64,000 nt of DNA from Octopus sinensis (Eukaryota): NCBI RefSeq assembly GCF_006345805.1, contig NC_042998.1:6076001-6140000 (forward strand), read 5' to 3'. The position numbers and the translations under genes were made by a program. The notes beneath the pieces were generated by a model that had not been told where the DNA came from, ran no database searches, and worked only from the letters and a program-made list of their open reading frames with translations. Below are positions 26,089 to 38,982 of the stretch, one piece after another (position 1 is the first letter of the stretch; each line of letters begins with the position of its first letter).

Positions 26089-27248
26089 ATATATATATAT
26101 ATATAATATATATATATATACACATGTATATCTATGTACCTATATATACACACACAACAGGCTTCTTCAGTGTTTGCCATTTACTAAATCCACTCACAAG
26201 GCTCTGGTTGGCCCAAGGCTAGAGTAGAAGGCATTTACCCAGAGTACCATGCAGTGAGAGTGAACCCAGAGCCAAGTAGTTCAGAGGCAAACTTCTTAAC
26301 ACACAACTACACTGGTGTTTCCATTTGATACTCTGATGTTAACACTTTGGTTGCTAATCCATTGTGTTGGTATCTAGGTCTCATTAGCAACAGTGATTTT
26401 TCTCTCAGAAGGTATCAGCTTTGCAACTAAAAGAGCTGGACATCGTCCATACATTATAAACAGTGTTATTTATGTAATTCTGTGAGTTGAATTGGTATGC
26501 CTCTTGTATGAACTTTACTAAAGTCAAGTCCAATGTGAATGATTTTGTGAACAGAAACATAGCTGAGTTTCATATTTATTTATTACTTTATCAATAGTTA
26601 CCAGTCTGCTCAATACAACCATCTCATGGAAAATATTGGCTTTTGTTGTCAGCTTGATGTGTGGACATTCTTTGGTATGTAATATTTGTATAGCAATTTT
26701 GGAATTTTTCAATGCATTTAAAGAGAGTCTACAGCAATAAAACATTGTCCTGATACTGTGCGCTAAAAGTTATCAATAGATTTGGTTCTGACACATCGTA
26801 AACCCATAAATAAGAAACAACATACCAATGAATGAATGTTTTCCTTTAGAGCAACAAAAAGTAGATTGGACATTGCAGTCCAGGCTCCACTGCTTGTCAG
26901 GTTGGGAAAGGAAAACTGTCAAGGTATCAATCACTCTCTGACAGGCGTATGGTTGAACCTGTGGCAGTGGAGACCTGGCATTCTTGGCTCCCAGACCATA
27001 TCCCTGCTCACTGCTGTCGGGGAGGAAATGCTTGTCTGCAGGGTGGCTGTTCTAGTGCACCTCCTTTGCCATTCTCCAAGGCAGCGCCTTTTTCTATTTT
27101 GTCTGCTAGGACCATGAGGTGGTCTGAATTACAGGAAATCGAGAGAATGAAAGAATTTCAAAGCATCCTACCTGTAGTTGGTCAGTATACCATTCCATTC
27201 CCTTCTAACCATTTCTTAACATAATGACAACTTAATTAACAAGTTTAA

Positions 27249-27692
27249 CTTCTTTAGCATTTAAACTGGCAATATCCAGCCAAAATATTCTGCTTGTTTT
27301 GTGTTCTGGTTAGCCAGATCTAACCTGTCACACCTACCATACGAGGTCATTTTAAAAATAAACAATTGCATCTTTGAAATCTCACTGCTATGAGATAATG
27401 CATGATTAACTGAAAACAATGTGAATAAATAAGCCTTACATTTGACAGTTATCTGAATGTTAACCCTTTTGATACCAATCCGGCTGAAACCGGCTCTGGC
27501 TCTGTAGTACAAATGTCTTGTTTTCATAAGTTTTGCATTAAAATATACCACCAAACCTTAGTCACAATTTATGTTCCTAACACTAGCTTAATGATAACTA
27601 AGTTGTTTTACTAAATTCTTTGTTATATTTAAAATAATTGAAAGAAACACAGAGCATCTCAAAATATATACAGTAAGGAAAGGGTTAAAGGG
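27249..27692. mobile_element. piggyBac-like MITE D2 interrupted near its right TIR by MITE D1
   Basis: gaatg TTAA [D1] TTAA aggg TTAA. Confidence 0.8.
27464..27684. mobile_element. piggyBac-like MITE family D1
   Basis: TTAA TSD at 27460-63 and 27685-88; CCCTTT/AAAGGG ends. Confidence 0.88.
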
Positions 27693-28762
27693 TTAAACCT
27701 GCACAGTAGGGGATAGAAGGAGACCATATCCACTAACAGTCATGCAATTATCTGTCGCAACAGGGGTAAAAAAAATACACAGCATAAATGACTCACCTTG
27801 AAACAACCATTTGAATTCACTAAGTCTTGGTTAAATTACTTTATGAAAATTCTAATACTAATCAATTGAAAGGGAATATTGATTTATTTAGGATTGTTGC
27901 ATGCAAGCCATTTAGAAGATAGTTCAAATTGAACTTCATAAAATGGACCATCCTTCACCCATCAAAACAGAAAAATAGAAAAAAAAATGCAAAGCCTAAA
28001 AGAAAATTTTACTTGTACACTTTTATGCATTTTCTAGGAAAATTAGTACAGTATTTCAAAAACTACACTAATTTACGTAATTAGTCTAAATGAATTATTT
28101 TTCTAATCAGTAACATTTTCCAGTGTCTACTGCAGAGCTTGGGGATATACAATATTCTTAGATTTTTTTTTCCTCCACCAGTAGCTAAAAAGAAAAATTT
28201 CATAAAAATTTGCATACCCTTTGACTTGCTCCTTGAAGAGACATGCCTGATGCAAAATTTCAGTTATCTAGGTGCAAAAATTTGGCTTACAAGATGGAAT
28301 ATAAATATGTTCACTCTTATACATTGAGAAATTACTTGAAAAATTAGTAAACTCGGAAGCATTTAAGACTCACCATCTTCACTTCCATTTGAAAGCAAGA
28401 TCTCCACTGTATTTTCATCAATTTAACTCTTATGATAACAACACACCTGAGACTAACCCTGGTTTTATGATGTAAACTTTCTGTTTTAAATTGATCTCAG
28501 TTAAAACTGTCCAATGAAATTTACTATGAACACAAGATTTATTACGTCAAAGTTATTTCAATAAATTCATTATTACTAGGAAAATTAACTGCAACAAAAG
28601 CAATGCATTTGCAACAGAAGTATGACAATGAAATATTTAAACGAGATTAACATAATTGATTATATGTAAGACATATTACTTCTTCCCAGAAGGATGTTTC
28701 AATAATTTGCCTTGGGTCCTCTATGTGAAGTTTTTCCTATATCATAGTTTTTCCTATTTCAT

Positions 28763-29160
28763 AGGCGCAGGAGTGGCTGTGTGGTAAGTAGCTTGCTAAC
28801 CAACTACATGGGTCCGGGTTCAGTCCCACTGCGTGGCATCTTGGGCAAGCGTCTTCTGCTATAGCCCCGGGCCGACCAATGCCTTGTGAGTGGATTTGGT
28901 AGACTGAAAGAAGCCTGTCGTATATATGTATATATACGCGTGTGTGTGCTTGTGTGTCTGTGTTTGTCCCCCTAGCATTGCTTGACAACCGATGCTGGTG
29001 TGTTTACGTCCCCATCACTTAGCAGCTCGGCAAAAGAGACCGATAAAATAAGTACTGGGCTTACAAAGAATAAGTCCCGGGGTCGAGTTGCTCGACTAAA
29101 GGCAGTGCTCCAGCATGGCCGCAGTCAAATGACTGAAACAAGTAAAAGAGTAAAAGAGTA
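28763..29160 (+). mobile_element. SINE family A
   Basis: Complete copy. Confidence 0.9.
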
Positions 29161-29199
29161 CCACATGTTTTTATGCTTTAAATACATTAAAAGGCACTT

Positions 29200-29460
29200 G
29201 TGCCAGAGACACGTAGAAGGCACCAATGCTGGCGGCACGTAAAAAGGCACCTGTGCCCGTGACACATGAGAGCTTCCCATATTGGTGATACATAAAAGAC
29301 ACCCGGTACATTCTATGAAGTGGTTGGCATTAGGAAGAGCATCAAGCTGTAGAAACCAATCCAAAATAGACTGGAACCTGGTGTAGTATTCCTGTTTACC
29401 AGTTCCACTGAAACCATCTAACCCATGCCAGCATGGTAAACAGACACTAAATTATCATGA
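29200..29460 (+). mobile_element. Older family B-like RTE 3' end
   Basis: Diverged hairpin units plus tggttggcattaggaagagcatc and acccatgccagcatgg. Confidence 0.7.
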
Positions 29461-29575
29461 TAAATACTGTTGTAATTTGAGTGCCTCTAATATGCCTGTA
29501 CATTTTTTCATGTTATCAAGTACAGTACCTTGCTAATCACAAAACTATTACATCATCTTTATCATCATCATATAA

Positions 29576-29976
29576 TGGCTGTGTGGTAAGTAGCTTGCTA
29601 ACCAACCACACTGTTCCGGGTTCAGTCCCACTGCATGGCATCTTGGGCAAGTGTCCTCTGCTATAGCCCCGGGCCGACCAATGCCTTGTGAGTGGATTTG
29701 GTAGATGGAAACTGAAAAGAAGCCTGTCATATATATGTATATATATGTATGTGTGTTTGTTTGTGTGCCTGTGTTTGTCACCCCAACATCGCTTGCCAAC
29801 CGATGCTGGTGTGTTTATGTCCCCGTTACTTAGCGGTTCGGCAAAAAGAGACCGATAGAATAAGTACTGGGCTTATAAAAAGAATAAGTCCCGGGTCCAG
29901 TTGCTTGATTAAAGGCGGTGCTCCAGCATGGCCGCAGTCAAACGACTGAAACAAGTAAAAGAGAGTAAAAGAGAGT
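29576..29976 (+). mobile_element. SINE family A
   Basis: Near-complete copy. Confidence 0.9.
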
Positions 29977-30148
29977 ATCCATTGTCTATGCTGGCATAGG
30001 TTACACTATATCATCATCATCATCATCATCATCATCATAATTTAATGTCCATGTTCCATGCTAGCATGGGTAGCATAATCACTGAAACAGGATGTCTGTT
30101 CCAGCACCATTTAGGTTTAATGCCACATTAACCCCATGCGATTTTTAC

Positions 30149-30462
30149 ACTGGCCTCATGCCGGTGGCACGTAAAAAGCACCATCCGTTCGTGGCCGTTG
30201 CCAGCCTCGCCTGGCCCCCGTGCCGGTGGCACATAAAAAGCACCAATCCGATCGTGGCCGTTTGTCAGACTCGTCTGGCATGTAAAAAGCACCCACTACA
30301 CTCATGGAGAGGTTGGCGTTAGGAAGGGCATCAAGCTGTAGAAACACTGCCAGATCAGACAGGGCCTGGTGCAGCCTTCTGGCTTCCCAGACCCCAGTTG
30401 AACCGTCCAACCCATGCCAGCATGGAAAGCGGACGCTAAACGATGATGATGATGATGATGAT
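30149..30462 (+). mobile_element. Family B (RTE 3' end)
   Basis: Three hairpin units plus (GAT)n tail. Confidence 0.85.
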
Positions 30463-31589
30463 GAAGAAGTGAACATTAGAAGCATTTAACTTGCTGGAAC
30501 TGTGAGCAAAACTCAGATGTGCTCAGTTGATCTCAAGCTGGGTATAAACACCAAAGCAACAACTGCTATTACTACTACTGCTTCAATACATGAACAGTAA
30601 GAACTATAGCCAAGAGAAGTTGGAATTTAATCAAGTAATAACCAAAAAGAAGATAACTGTTTACCTCGATTTTACAAAAGTCGTGAGAATATCAAAAATT
30701 CTATAAATATTTCATGACCAAAATTTAACAAAACAATGTGCCTGTAACTGATTAGTTTATATATACATACATAAATATATGCATATATACATACATAGAC
30801 ATGTAGACACACAGACAGGCAGTCGAGTGTGTGTGCACGTGCGTGATTTCTTCATATCTATTTTTTACACAACTACGTTTGCAAATGTATTTAGATGAAC
30901 ATCTTATCTACATATATACACACACAGCACACAAGTCTAATAATATAGATGTTCATTTATCATCATAAGAATATAGAAAACCAAATGAAATGAAACAAAA
31001 TCTCATTAATGATGACGCTGATGCCAATGGATCAAAAAAACAAACCAAAAATTTTAACAAAAACAAAAACAAAAAAAACCATCCTTCATTTATGAACATT
31101 CTTCTCTACCACTCTAAAATATCAATAGTCTTGCTGCAAGACAAAAATAGTAGCAGCATGACAGTTCTTTCATCAAATCCACATTATTTGAATGAAGGGC
31201 AAACACAGAAACTAAACGCTAATAATAATGGTTTCTAATTTTGGTGCCACTTTAAAGGGTGGAGGTAAGTTGGGTTACACTGAACCCGGTACTGAACTGG
31301 TACTTATTTTATTGACCCTATGCGGATGAAAAGCAAAGCTGACAGAATTTTTTTAACTGGTGTGTTTATGTCCCCCGTCACTTAGCGGTTCGGCAAAAGA
31401 GATCGATAGAATAAGTACTGGACTTACAAAGAATAAGTCCCGGGGTCGATTTGCTCGACTAAAGGCGGTGCTCCAGCATGGCCGCAGTCAAATGACTGAA
31501 ACAAGTAAAAGAGTAAAAGAGTAATGTAAAGAGCAGGATGAAGTGTCATCAAGCACTTTTGTCCACTGAGGTAATGATTCTTAATTCTT

Positions 31590-31997
31590 TGTTGCCCACA
31601 AGGGGCTAAACATAGAGGGGACAAACAAGGACAGACAAAGGGATTAAGTCGATTCCATCGACCCCAGTGCGTAACTGGTACTTAATGTATCGACCCCAAA
31701 AGGATGAAAGCAAAGTCGGCATCGGCAGAATCTGAACTCAGAACGTAGCAGCAGACGAAATACTTATTTCTTTACTACCCACAAGGGGCTAAACACAAAG
31801 AGGACAAACAAGGACAGACAAATGGATTAAGTCAATTATATCGACCCCAGTGCATAACTGGTACTCAATTAATCGACCCCGAAAGGGTGAAAGGCAAAGT
31901 CGACCTCAGCAGAATTCGAACTCAGAACATAACGGCAGACGAAATACCGTTAAGCATTTCGCCCAGTGTGCTAACAATTCTGCCAGTTTGTCGCCTT
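31590..31997 (-). mobile_element. SINE family C dimer
   Basis: Same junction (gaaatac-ttatttctttactaccc) as 3825-4240. Confidence 0.85.
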
Positions 31998-32366
31998 TTT
32001 ACTGCCACCTCACTGCTTTAACAACACTGATTTTCGCACAATGCCAGCAACCTTTTATTGGTGCATTTTTATTTATCATTCTAGAAAGGACAAGAGCAAA
32101 TATACTCCTAACTCACATACATTTATCTTCCACAGAATAAATTTTGTTTACCCAGGGGATAAATTAGCAATATACATCTTTTACTGTCTTCAATCACTGG
32201 ACTGCAGCCATGCTGGAGCATTGCTTTGAAGATTTTTAATAGAACAAATCAATCTCAGTAGTTAATTTTATAAGCCTGGTACTTATTCTATCACTCACTG
32301 TTACAGAACTGCTAAGTCATGGAGACATAAAGAAACCGGTATTAGCTGTTGAGTGGTGGTGGGAGA

Positions 32367-32400
<34 letters not shown>

Positions 32401-33141
32401 TTTTATTCTTTTACTTGTTTCAGTCATTTGACTGTGACCATTCTGGAGCACCAACTTCAGTCGAACCCAGCTTAGTACTTATTCTATCGGTTCCTTTTGC
32501 TGAACTGGTAAGTCAGGGGGACATAAACACACCGACATTGGTTATCAAGTGATAGCGGGGGGGACAAACACAGACACACACACACTTTTATTCTTTTACT
32601 TGTTTCAATCATTTGACTGTGACCATTCTGGAGCACCAACTTCAGTCGAACCCAGCTTAGTACTTATTATATTGGTTCCTTTTGCTGAACTGGGAAGTCA
32701 CGGGGACATAAACACACCGACATTGGTTATCAAGTGATAGCGGGGGGGGGGGACAAACACAGACACACACACACACACACTTTTATTCTTTTACTTGTTT
32801 CAATCATTTGACTGTGACCATTCTGGAGCACCAACTTCAGTCGAACCCAGCTTAGTACTTATTATATTGGTTCCTTTTGCTGAACTGGGAAGTCACAGGG
32901 ACATAAACACACCAACATTGGTTATCAAGTGATGGTGGGGGGACAAACACAGACACACACACATGCATATATATGTATGACGGGCTTATTTCAATTTCCA
33001 TCTACTATATCTACTCATAAGATTTAGGTCAGCCCAAGGGTATAGTAGAAGACACTTGCCCAAGGTGCCACGCAGTGGGACTGAACCCAGAACAATGTGG
33101 CTGGGAAGCAAACTTCTTACCACACAGCTACTCCTGCGCCT
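32401..33141 (-). mobile_element. SINE family A with its 3' half tandemly triplicated
   Basis: Three near-identical ~185-195 bp units starting 32401, 32586 and 32781, then one 5' half. Confidence 0.88.
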
Positions 33142-33809
33142 ATATACACGTGAAGGATTTCTTTCAGTTTCCACCTACGAAATCCACTAGTAAGGCTTTG
33201 ACCAGCCTGGGACTATACCAGAAGGCACTTGGACAAGGTGCTCTGCAGTAGGACAGAACCTGGAATCAAGCTTCTTACCCTACAGCCACCCTGGATTTGC
33301 AAGAAATTAAGAAAATTTGAAACAAGCTTATTTTGTGAAAAGATAAAGCCAGAAACTAATTTGTTTTTTCATTCTATCGTTTTGGATTTACAATCTGTAT
33401 TGTATACTTTGTTAATTAGTGTGTTACTAATAGATTAATTTAATTTAGAAGACTGTGTTTGCTTTGTATATCTGCTCATCATTCGTTCGTAAATAAGTAA
33501 AATGTTTGTTCTTATTTCAACTTAAAATGCATAGCTCAATAGTTAGGGTGTTCAGTTCATGTCTGTACAGTCAGGAGTTCAATTCCTGGAGGTGTGTTGT
33601 GTCCTTGAGCAAAACTCTTTATTTCATGTTGTTCCAGTTCACACAGCTGGAATATGTGAGCTGTACCTGTAATTAAAAGGGCCAGCCTTGTCACATTCTG
33701 TGTCATGCTGAATCTCTCTGAGAACTACATTAACTCTCCTATGCTCTGTGTTTCTTTCAATTAATTTTCAATATAACAAAGAATTTAGTAAAATAACTGA
33801 GTTATCATT

Positions 33810-34662
33810 CAGCTTGTGTGCGAACCGCCATGCTTCGCGGTAGTGAAACATAGACTGTGACTGCAGAGGACATGCGTAGACTTGAAAGAAATGAAGCTAA
33901 TGTGATCCGCTGGATATGTAATGTCAGTGTGCATGCATGACAGAGTGTAAGCACCCTGAGAGAAATGTTGAACATAAGAAGCATCAGATGTGGTGTGCAA
34001 GAGCGACGCTTGTGATGGTATGGTCATGTACTGCGGATGGATGAGGAGAGATGTGTGAAGAAGTGCCGCTCCCAAACAGTTGAAGGTATCAGGGGAAGAG
34101 GTAGACCCAGGAAGACTTGGGATGAGGTAGTCAAGCATGACCTCAGAACGTTGGGGCTCACAGAAGGACCAAGATCTCTGGAGATATGCTGTGACTGCAA
34201 AGACCTGGGCTGCTTCCTGCACCAGTTCCGCATAGCCCCAGCCCATTCAAAGTACCTTGGATTTCAGAACAACCCACTGCGCTGGAGGAGACCTATTGAG
34301 TCAAGTACATGAACATCAAAATAGTAGTTGGGATACCTGTGCCGGTGGCACGTAAAAAGCACCATCCGAACGTGGCTGATGCCAGCGCCGCCTCGACTGG
34401 CTTCTGTGCCGGTGGCACATAAAAAACACCAACTGATCGTGGTTGCTGCCAGACTCTCCTGGCACCTGTGCCGGTGGCACGTAAAAAGCACCCACTACAC
34501 TCATGGAGTGGTTGGCATTAGGAAGGGCATCCAGCTGTAGAAACACTGCCAGATCAGACTGGAGCCTGGTGCAGCCTCCTGGCTTCCCAGACCCCGGTCG
34601 AACCGTCCGACCCATGCTAGCGCGGAAAACGGACGTTAAACGATGATGATGATGATGATGAT
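33810..34662 (+). mobile_element. 5'-truncated RTE LINE: ORF C-terminus plus 3' UTR (= family B) and (GAT)n tail, inserted into a D1 MITE fragment
   Basis: ...EDMRRLERNEANVIRWICNVSV...RRL*WYGHVLRMDEERCVKKC...GRGRPRKTWDEVVKHDL; flanks rejoin as D1 (ttatcattcagct | aagaacataaat). Confidence 0.88.
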
Positions 34663-35809
34663 TGCAAGAACATAAATGTATATTTGGTATTGCACTGGAA
34701 ACTTGCATAAACTATTTCAAAGCTGGTGGTCACCCAGTCTAATTCACTTTTCTGCTTCTCTTGTATTCATCTTCCAATAAATTGATGGTATGCGTTGACA
34801 CATCTTCAACACCAGCCTCTCTCTTTCCTAACTGGGACAAAGATGTATCTCTCCCACAGCAAAACACCAGTTCTTGTCCTTCTATCATACTTTAAAAACT
34901 CTCCTCACTTGGTATAAAGCCGCTTTTCTCAATATTGTACCTCCAACTTAGTTGGAAAACGGATGTTAAACGATGATGATGATGATTTGTGACAAAGGCT
35001 ATATTAATACTAAGAGGTAATATTCATCCCTGCTTAAACATGGCTGTTCTGACAGAACAGACTATACTGCAGTAGAGACCACAAGAGAAATTCTCAGGTG
35101 GGCTTTTGGACATAGAGAATGTAGGCCAAGAGGTGGAGAGATAGAAATAGGGCATCAAAGGGGAGACAAATCCAGCGAAGGGCAGCAAAGGGGAGACAAA
35201 TCCAGCGAAGATGATGAGAGTGAAAGTTTGTGTATGTTGTATGATTTGTTAGTTAGAGAAATCAAGCATTTTTTTTTTTGTTCTTAAATGAAGTGAAAAT
35301 ACGTTAAGTGGTTGGAAATTTAGTTCAAGACAAAAGCAAACAAAAACTTTTAAGAAATTTCAAAAAAAAAAAAAATCACTTTTATATTCATTTGTTTGCA
35401 ACTTGCCAGCAGCATCACCATCATCATCACCACCATCATCACCATCATCACTATCAGCATCAGTTTTAGGCTCTACTTCACCCGGCTTAAATGTTCAGCA
35501 AACCGTAGGTTCACATTTTGACAGCAGTAAACAAAATAATAATCGATTGAAAATTTACAACAACGAGAATAAATACAGAGGAAAAACAAAAAAGAAAGAA
35601 AAAAAAAACAGAAACATAGGTTGGAGGTGGGGAAGGAGGGCAAAAATGAATAAACAACAAAAAAAAAAGTAAATAACAACAGCAAGAACAATACAACCTG
35701 TAGAAATGTTACACATCTTAAAAACTGAAAGAAGATGTAAGGAGTATCTAACAAGAAGAAACAAATTGCTTTCTTGCAAGGTATCATTAAAAACACACAC
35801 AAGACACAA

Positions 35810-35914
35810 AGGTACACACACACATATATATGTATATAATATATATCTATATATATATATGAATGGGTATTCATACATGTGTGTGTGTATGTAAATATAT
35901 ATATATATATATAT

Positions 35915-35952
<38 letters not shown>

Positions 35953-35967
35953 GGCTGTGTGTATGTA

Positions 35968-35998
<31 letters not shown>

Positions 35999-36866
35999 TT
36001 GTATGGGTGTGTGTATGTAAATATATATATATGTATGTATGTGTGTGTGTGTATGTGTGTGTATCTATGAGAGTATGTGTGTGTGTGTATATATATATAT
36101 ATATGTATCTCTCTATCTATCTGTATATATATATGAGAGTGTGTGTATGTGGGTATATATATATATGTATATATGTATGTATCTATGTGTATATATATGA
36201 CGGTGTGTGCATGTGGGTATATATATATATATATATATTCATACACATACATGCACATATGCCTGTGTAAGGTTGTAATACTGTTGAGAACTAGAGGCAA
36301 GGTAGGAGTGAGTGGCATGGCAAAGTAGGCAGGCAGGCAGGATGATGAAAACTAACAGGTTCCAGTGCTCAAAGACATGCCATTGTGAAAAATGCAGTGT
36401 CAGGTTGTAATTAAAGTAAATTACATTTGATTGGAATTTTTGATTTTTAATTATTTGCTGTTGTCCTCGTGTTTTTGTTCCGGTTTATTCTAACAAAACT
36501 GACGCAGTTTTCATTTTCGTTAAATAAATAAATAAATAAATAACATATATATATATTAAGACACATATATGAAAAGTCTGTACATATAAAATGTATATAT
36601 GCACACACTGCATACATTACATTATATATATACATACACACAAACATATATATATAGATACATGTATAGATATATATAGATACATATATATATATACATA
36701 CATATATAGATATATATACATATATATATATAGATACATATATATATAGACATATATATATATAATATATATATATATAGATACATATATATATATACAT
36801 ATATATATAATATATATATATATATATAGATATATATATATATAGATACATATATAGATATATATA

Positions 36867-36897
<31 letters not shown>

Positions 36898-37250
36898 GAC
36901 ATATATATATATATAGACATATATATATATATATATATAGACAGATAAACACATACGTATACACGCACACATACATATAATTATATATGTATATACACAT
37001 ACACACACACATGTACATGCACACACAGAAACAAACATATATGCACATATTACATACATTATATTATATATATACATACACAAACAAATATATATATAGA
37101 AACAGATAAACACATACGTATACACGCGCACATACATGTAATTATATATGTATACACACACACACACACATGTATATGCACACACAGAAACAAACAAACA
37201 TATGTACACATATATTTGTGCATTACCATACCCACACACACACATTGCAC
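35810..37250. repeat. Large complex (AT)/(AC)/(GT) microsatellite field with a local ~150-bp duplication (36940-37040 / 37098-37200)
   Basis: Direct reading. Confidence 0.92.
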
Positions 37251-37259
37251 TCACTCATT

Positions 37260-37915
37260 GGTGGATGCTTCAACAATCATTGTTGATGTCATCTTCATCA
37301 CCGTCCAGTCTCAGCCACCAACGCCAAAATCATCATCACCACCACCACCACCATCATCATCATCAATCCTACTTACACCCTGCAACAGTCTTTGGCCACA
37401 ATCATTAATCATCACCATCATCATCATCATCATCAATGCTACCAACAACACAAACAACACTATTATCATCACAACTATCATTAATACCCTCACCATTGAC
37501 CATCATCACCACCGCCACCACCACCGCCACCACCACCACCACCACCACCACCACCACCGCCGCTGTTATCGATGATGATAATAATGACATTTAGAAGTAA
37601 AAGAATCTTTCTAAATTAACACAGAAACTCAGGTGTTAATTAAATACAGATAAAAGTTACATAAAGTTTAAATGAAACAAAGGAAGGTCGGCTGGGTGGG
37701 GGTGGGCGTGGGTGGGTGGAGCTACCTGTCTGTGCGGAAGAGTAAATAAATAATATAAAAAAAAAAGTATTGAAGAATTGAAGAAAATAAAAGCAGCAGC
37801 AGCAGTAGTATTAGTATTGGTGATGGTGGTGGTGGTACTAGTGGCAGAAGTTGTAGCGATGGTAGTGGTGGTGGTGGTGGTAGTAGTAGTAGAAGCAGTA
37901 GCAGCAGTATAAAGA
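37260..37915. repeat. Degenerate (CAT)/(CAC)n and (GGT)/(AGT)n trinucleotide fields
   Basis: Direct reading; source of the His-rich and Thr-rich ORF artefacts. Confidence 0.9.
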
Positions 37916-38247
37916 AGGGATGTAAAAAAAGGAAAGGTGAGAAAAATATATAAAAAAAAACCAAACAATACATACAGAAGATAACAAGAGGTAAAATAAC
38001 AAGGCAAATAAAAAAAATATATATATAAATGGGTGAAGAAAGGGGTGAAAGGGTGGAGCCCATGAGAAGTGCTCGGGGGGGGAGTGGTTGGGGGGGTGCA
38101 GAATAGCTGAAAAGAAGAGTAAAATTGGAGCTATGAGAGCAGGCCTAGCCAACTTGAATTACATTATGGGGTCATTTTAATCGCAGAAAGTTTTTTGAGG
38201 GCCGTTTGTATACTAACAGAATTAAAAACATTTTGCATTCTCATGCT

Positions 38248-38514
38248 ATTAGTGGAAGCACTCCGTCGGTTACGATGACGAGGGTTCCGGTTGATCCGAA
38301 TCAACGGAACAGCCTGCTCATGAAATTAACGTATAAGTGGCTGAGAACTCCACAGACACGTGTACCCTTAACATAGTTCTCGGGGATATTCAGCGTGACA
38401 AGGCCGGCCCCTTGAAATACAGGTACAACAGAAACAGGAAGTTTCTGGGAGTCGAAACCGCGATCCTATGACCGCGAGTCCGCTGCCCTAACCACTGGGC
38501 CATTGCGCCTCCAC
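38248..38514 (-). mobile_element. Family G tRNA head joined to a family H 3' module
   Basis: Head 38445-38514 matches 2229 and 23960; 38248-38445 matches 22565-22760. Confidence 0.8.
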
Positions 38515-38576
38515 TCTCCTGCTATTATTACAATAATGAATGAATGATCATTGATTCAACAGGAAATATTAACATT

Positions 38577-38982
38577 GCACAGGAGTGGCTGTGTGGTAAG
38601 TAGCTTGCTTACCAACCACATGGTTCTGGGTTCCATCCCACTGCGTGGCACCTTGGGCAAGTGTCTTCTACTATAGCCTCGGGCCGACCAAAGCCTTGTG
38701 AGTGGATTTGGTAGACGGAAACTGAAAGAAGCCTGTCGTATATATGTATATATATATAAGTGTGTGTGTTTGTGTGTCTGTGTTTGACCCCCTAGCATTG
38801 CTTGATAATCGATGCTGGTGTGTTTACGTCCCCATCACTTAGCGGTTCGGCAAAACAAAACTGATAGAATAAGTACTGGGCTTACAAAGAATAAGTCCCG
38901 GGGTCGATTTGCTCGACTAAAGGCGGTGCTCCAGCATGGCCGCAGTCAAATGACTGAAACAAGTAAAAGAGTAAAAGAGAGT
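38577..38982 (+). mobile_element. SINE family A
   Basis: Complete copy. Confidence 0.9.

Noticed and set aside
34325-34495. CRISPR-like appearance (conserved ~25-nt palindromic repeat with variable spacers)
   Set aside because: Eukaryotic context, only 1-4 units, spacers are homologous to each other and recur in all copies, and the block is an RTE 3' UTR; no cas genes
35403-35672. Ser/Pro-rich ORF (MPAASPSSSPPSS...)
   Set aside because: Begins in a (CAT/CAC)n repeat and ends in A-runs; no splice signals
36447-37254. Long ORFs (134-210 aa) rich in Y/I/C/V
   Set aside because: Translations of (AT)/(GT) microsatellites; the same applies to 14789-15253, 24155-24487 and 35863-36318
37216-38152. 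His-, Thr- and Pro-rich ORFs
   Set aside because: Explained by (CAT)/(CAC)/(GGT)n repeats; no splice or codon evidence
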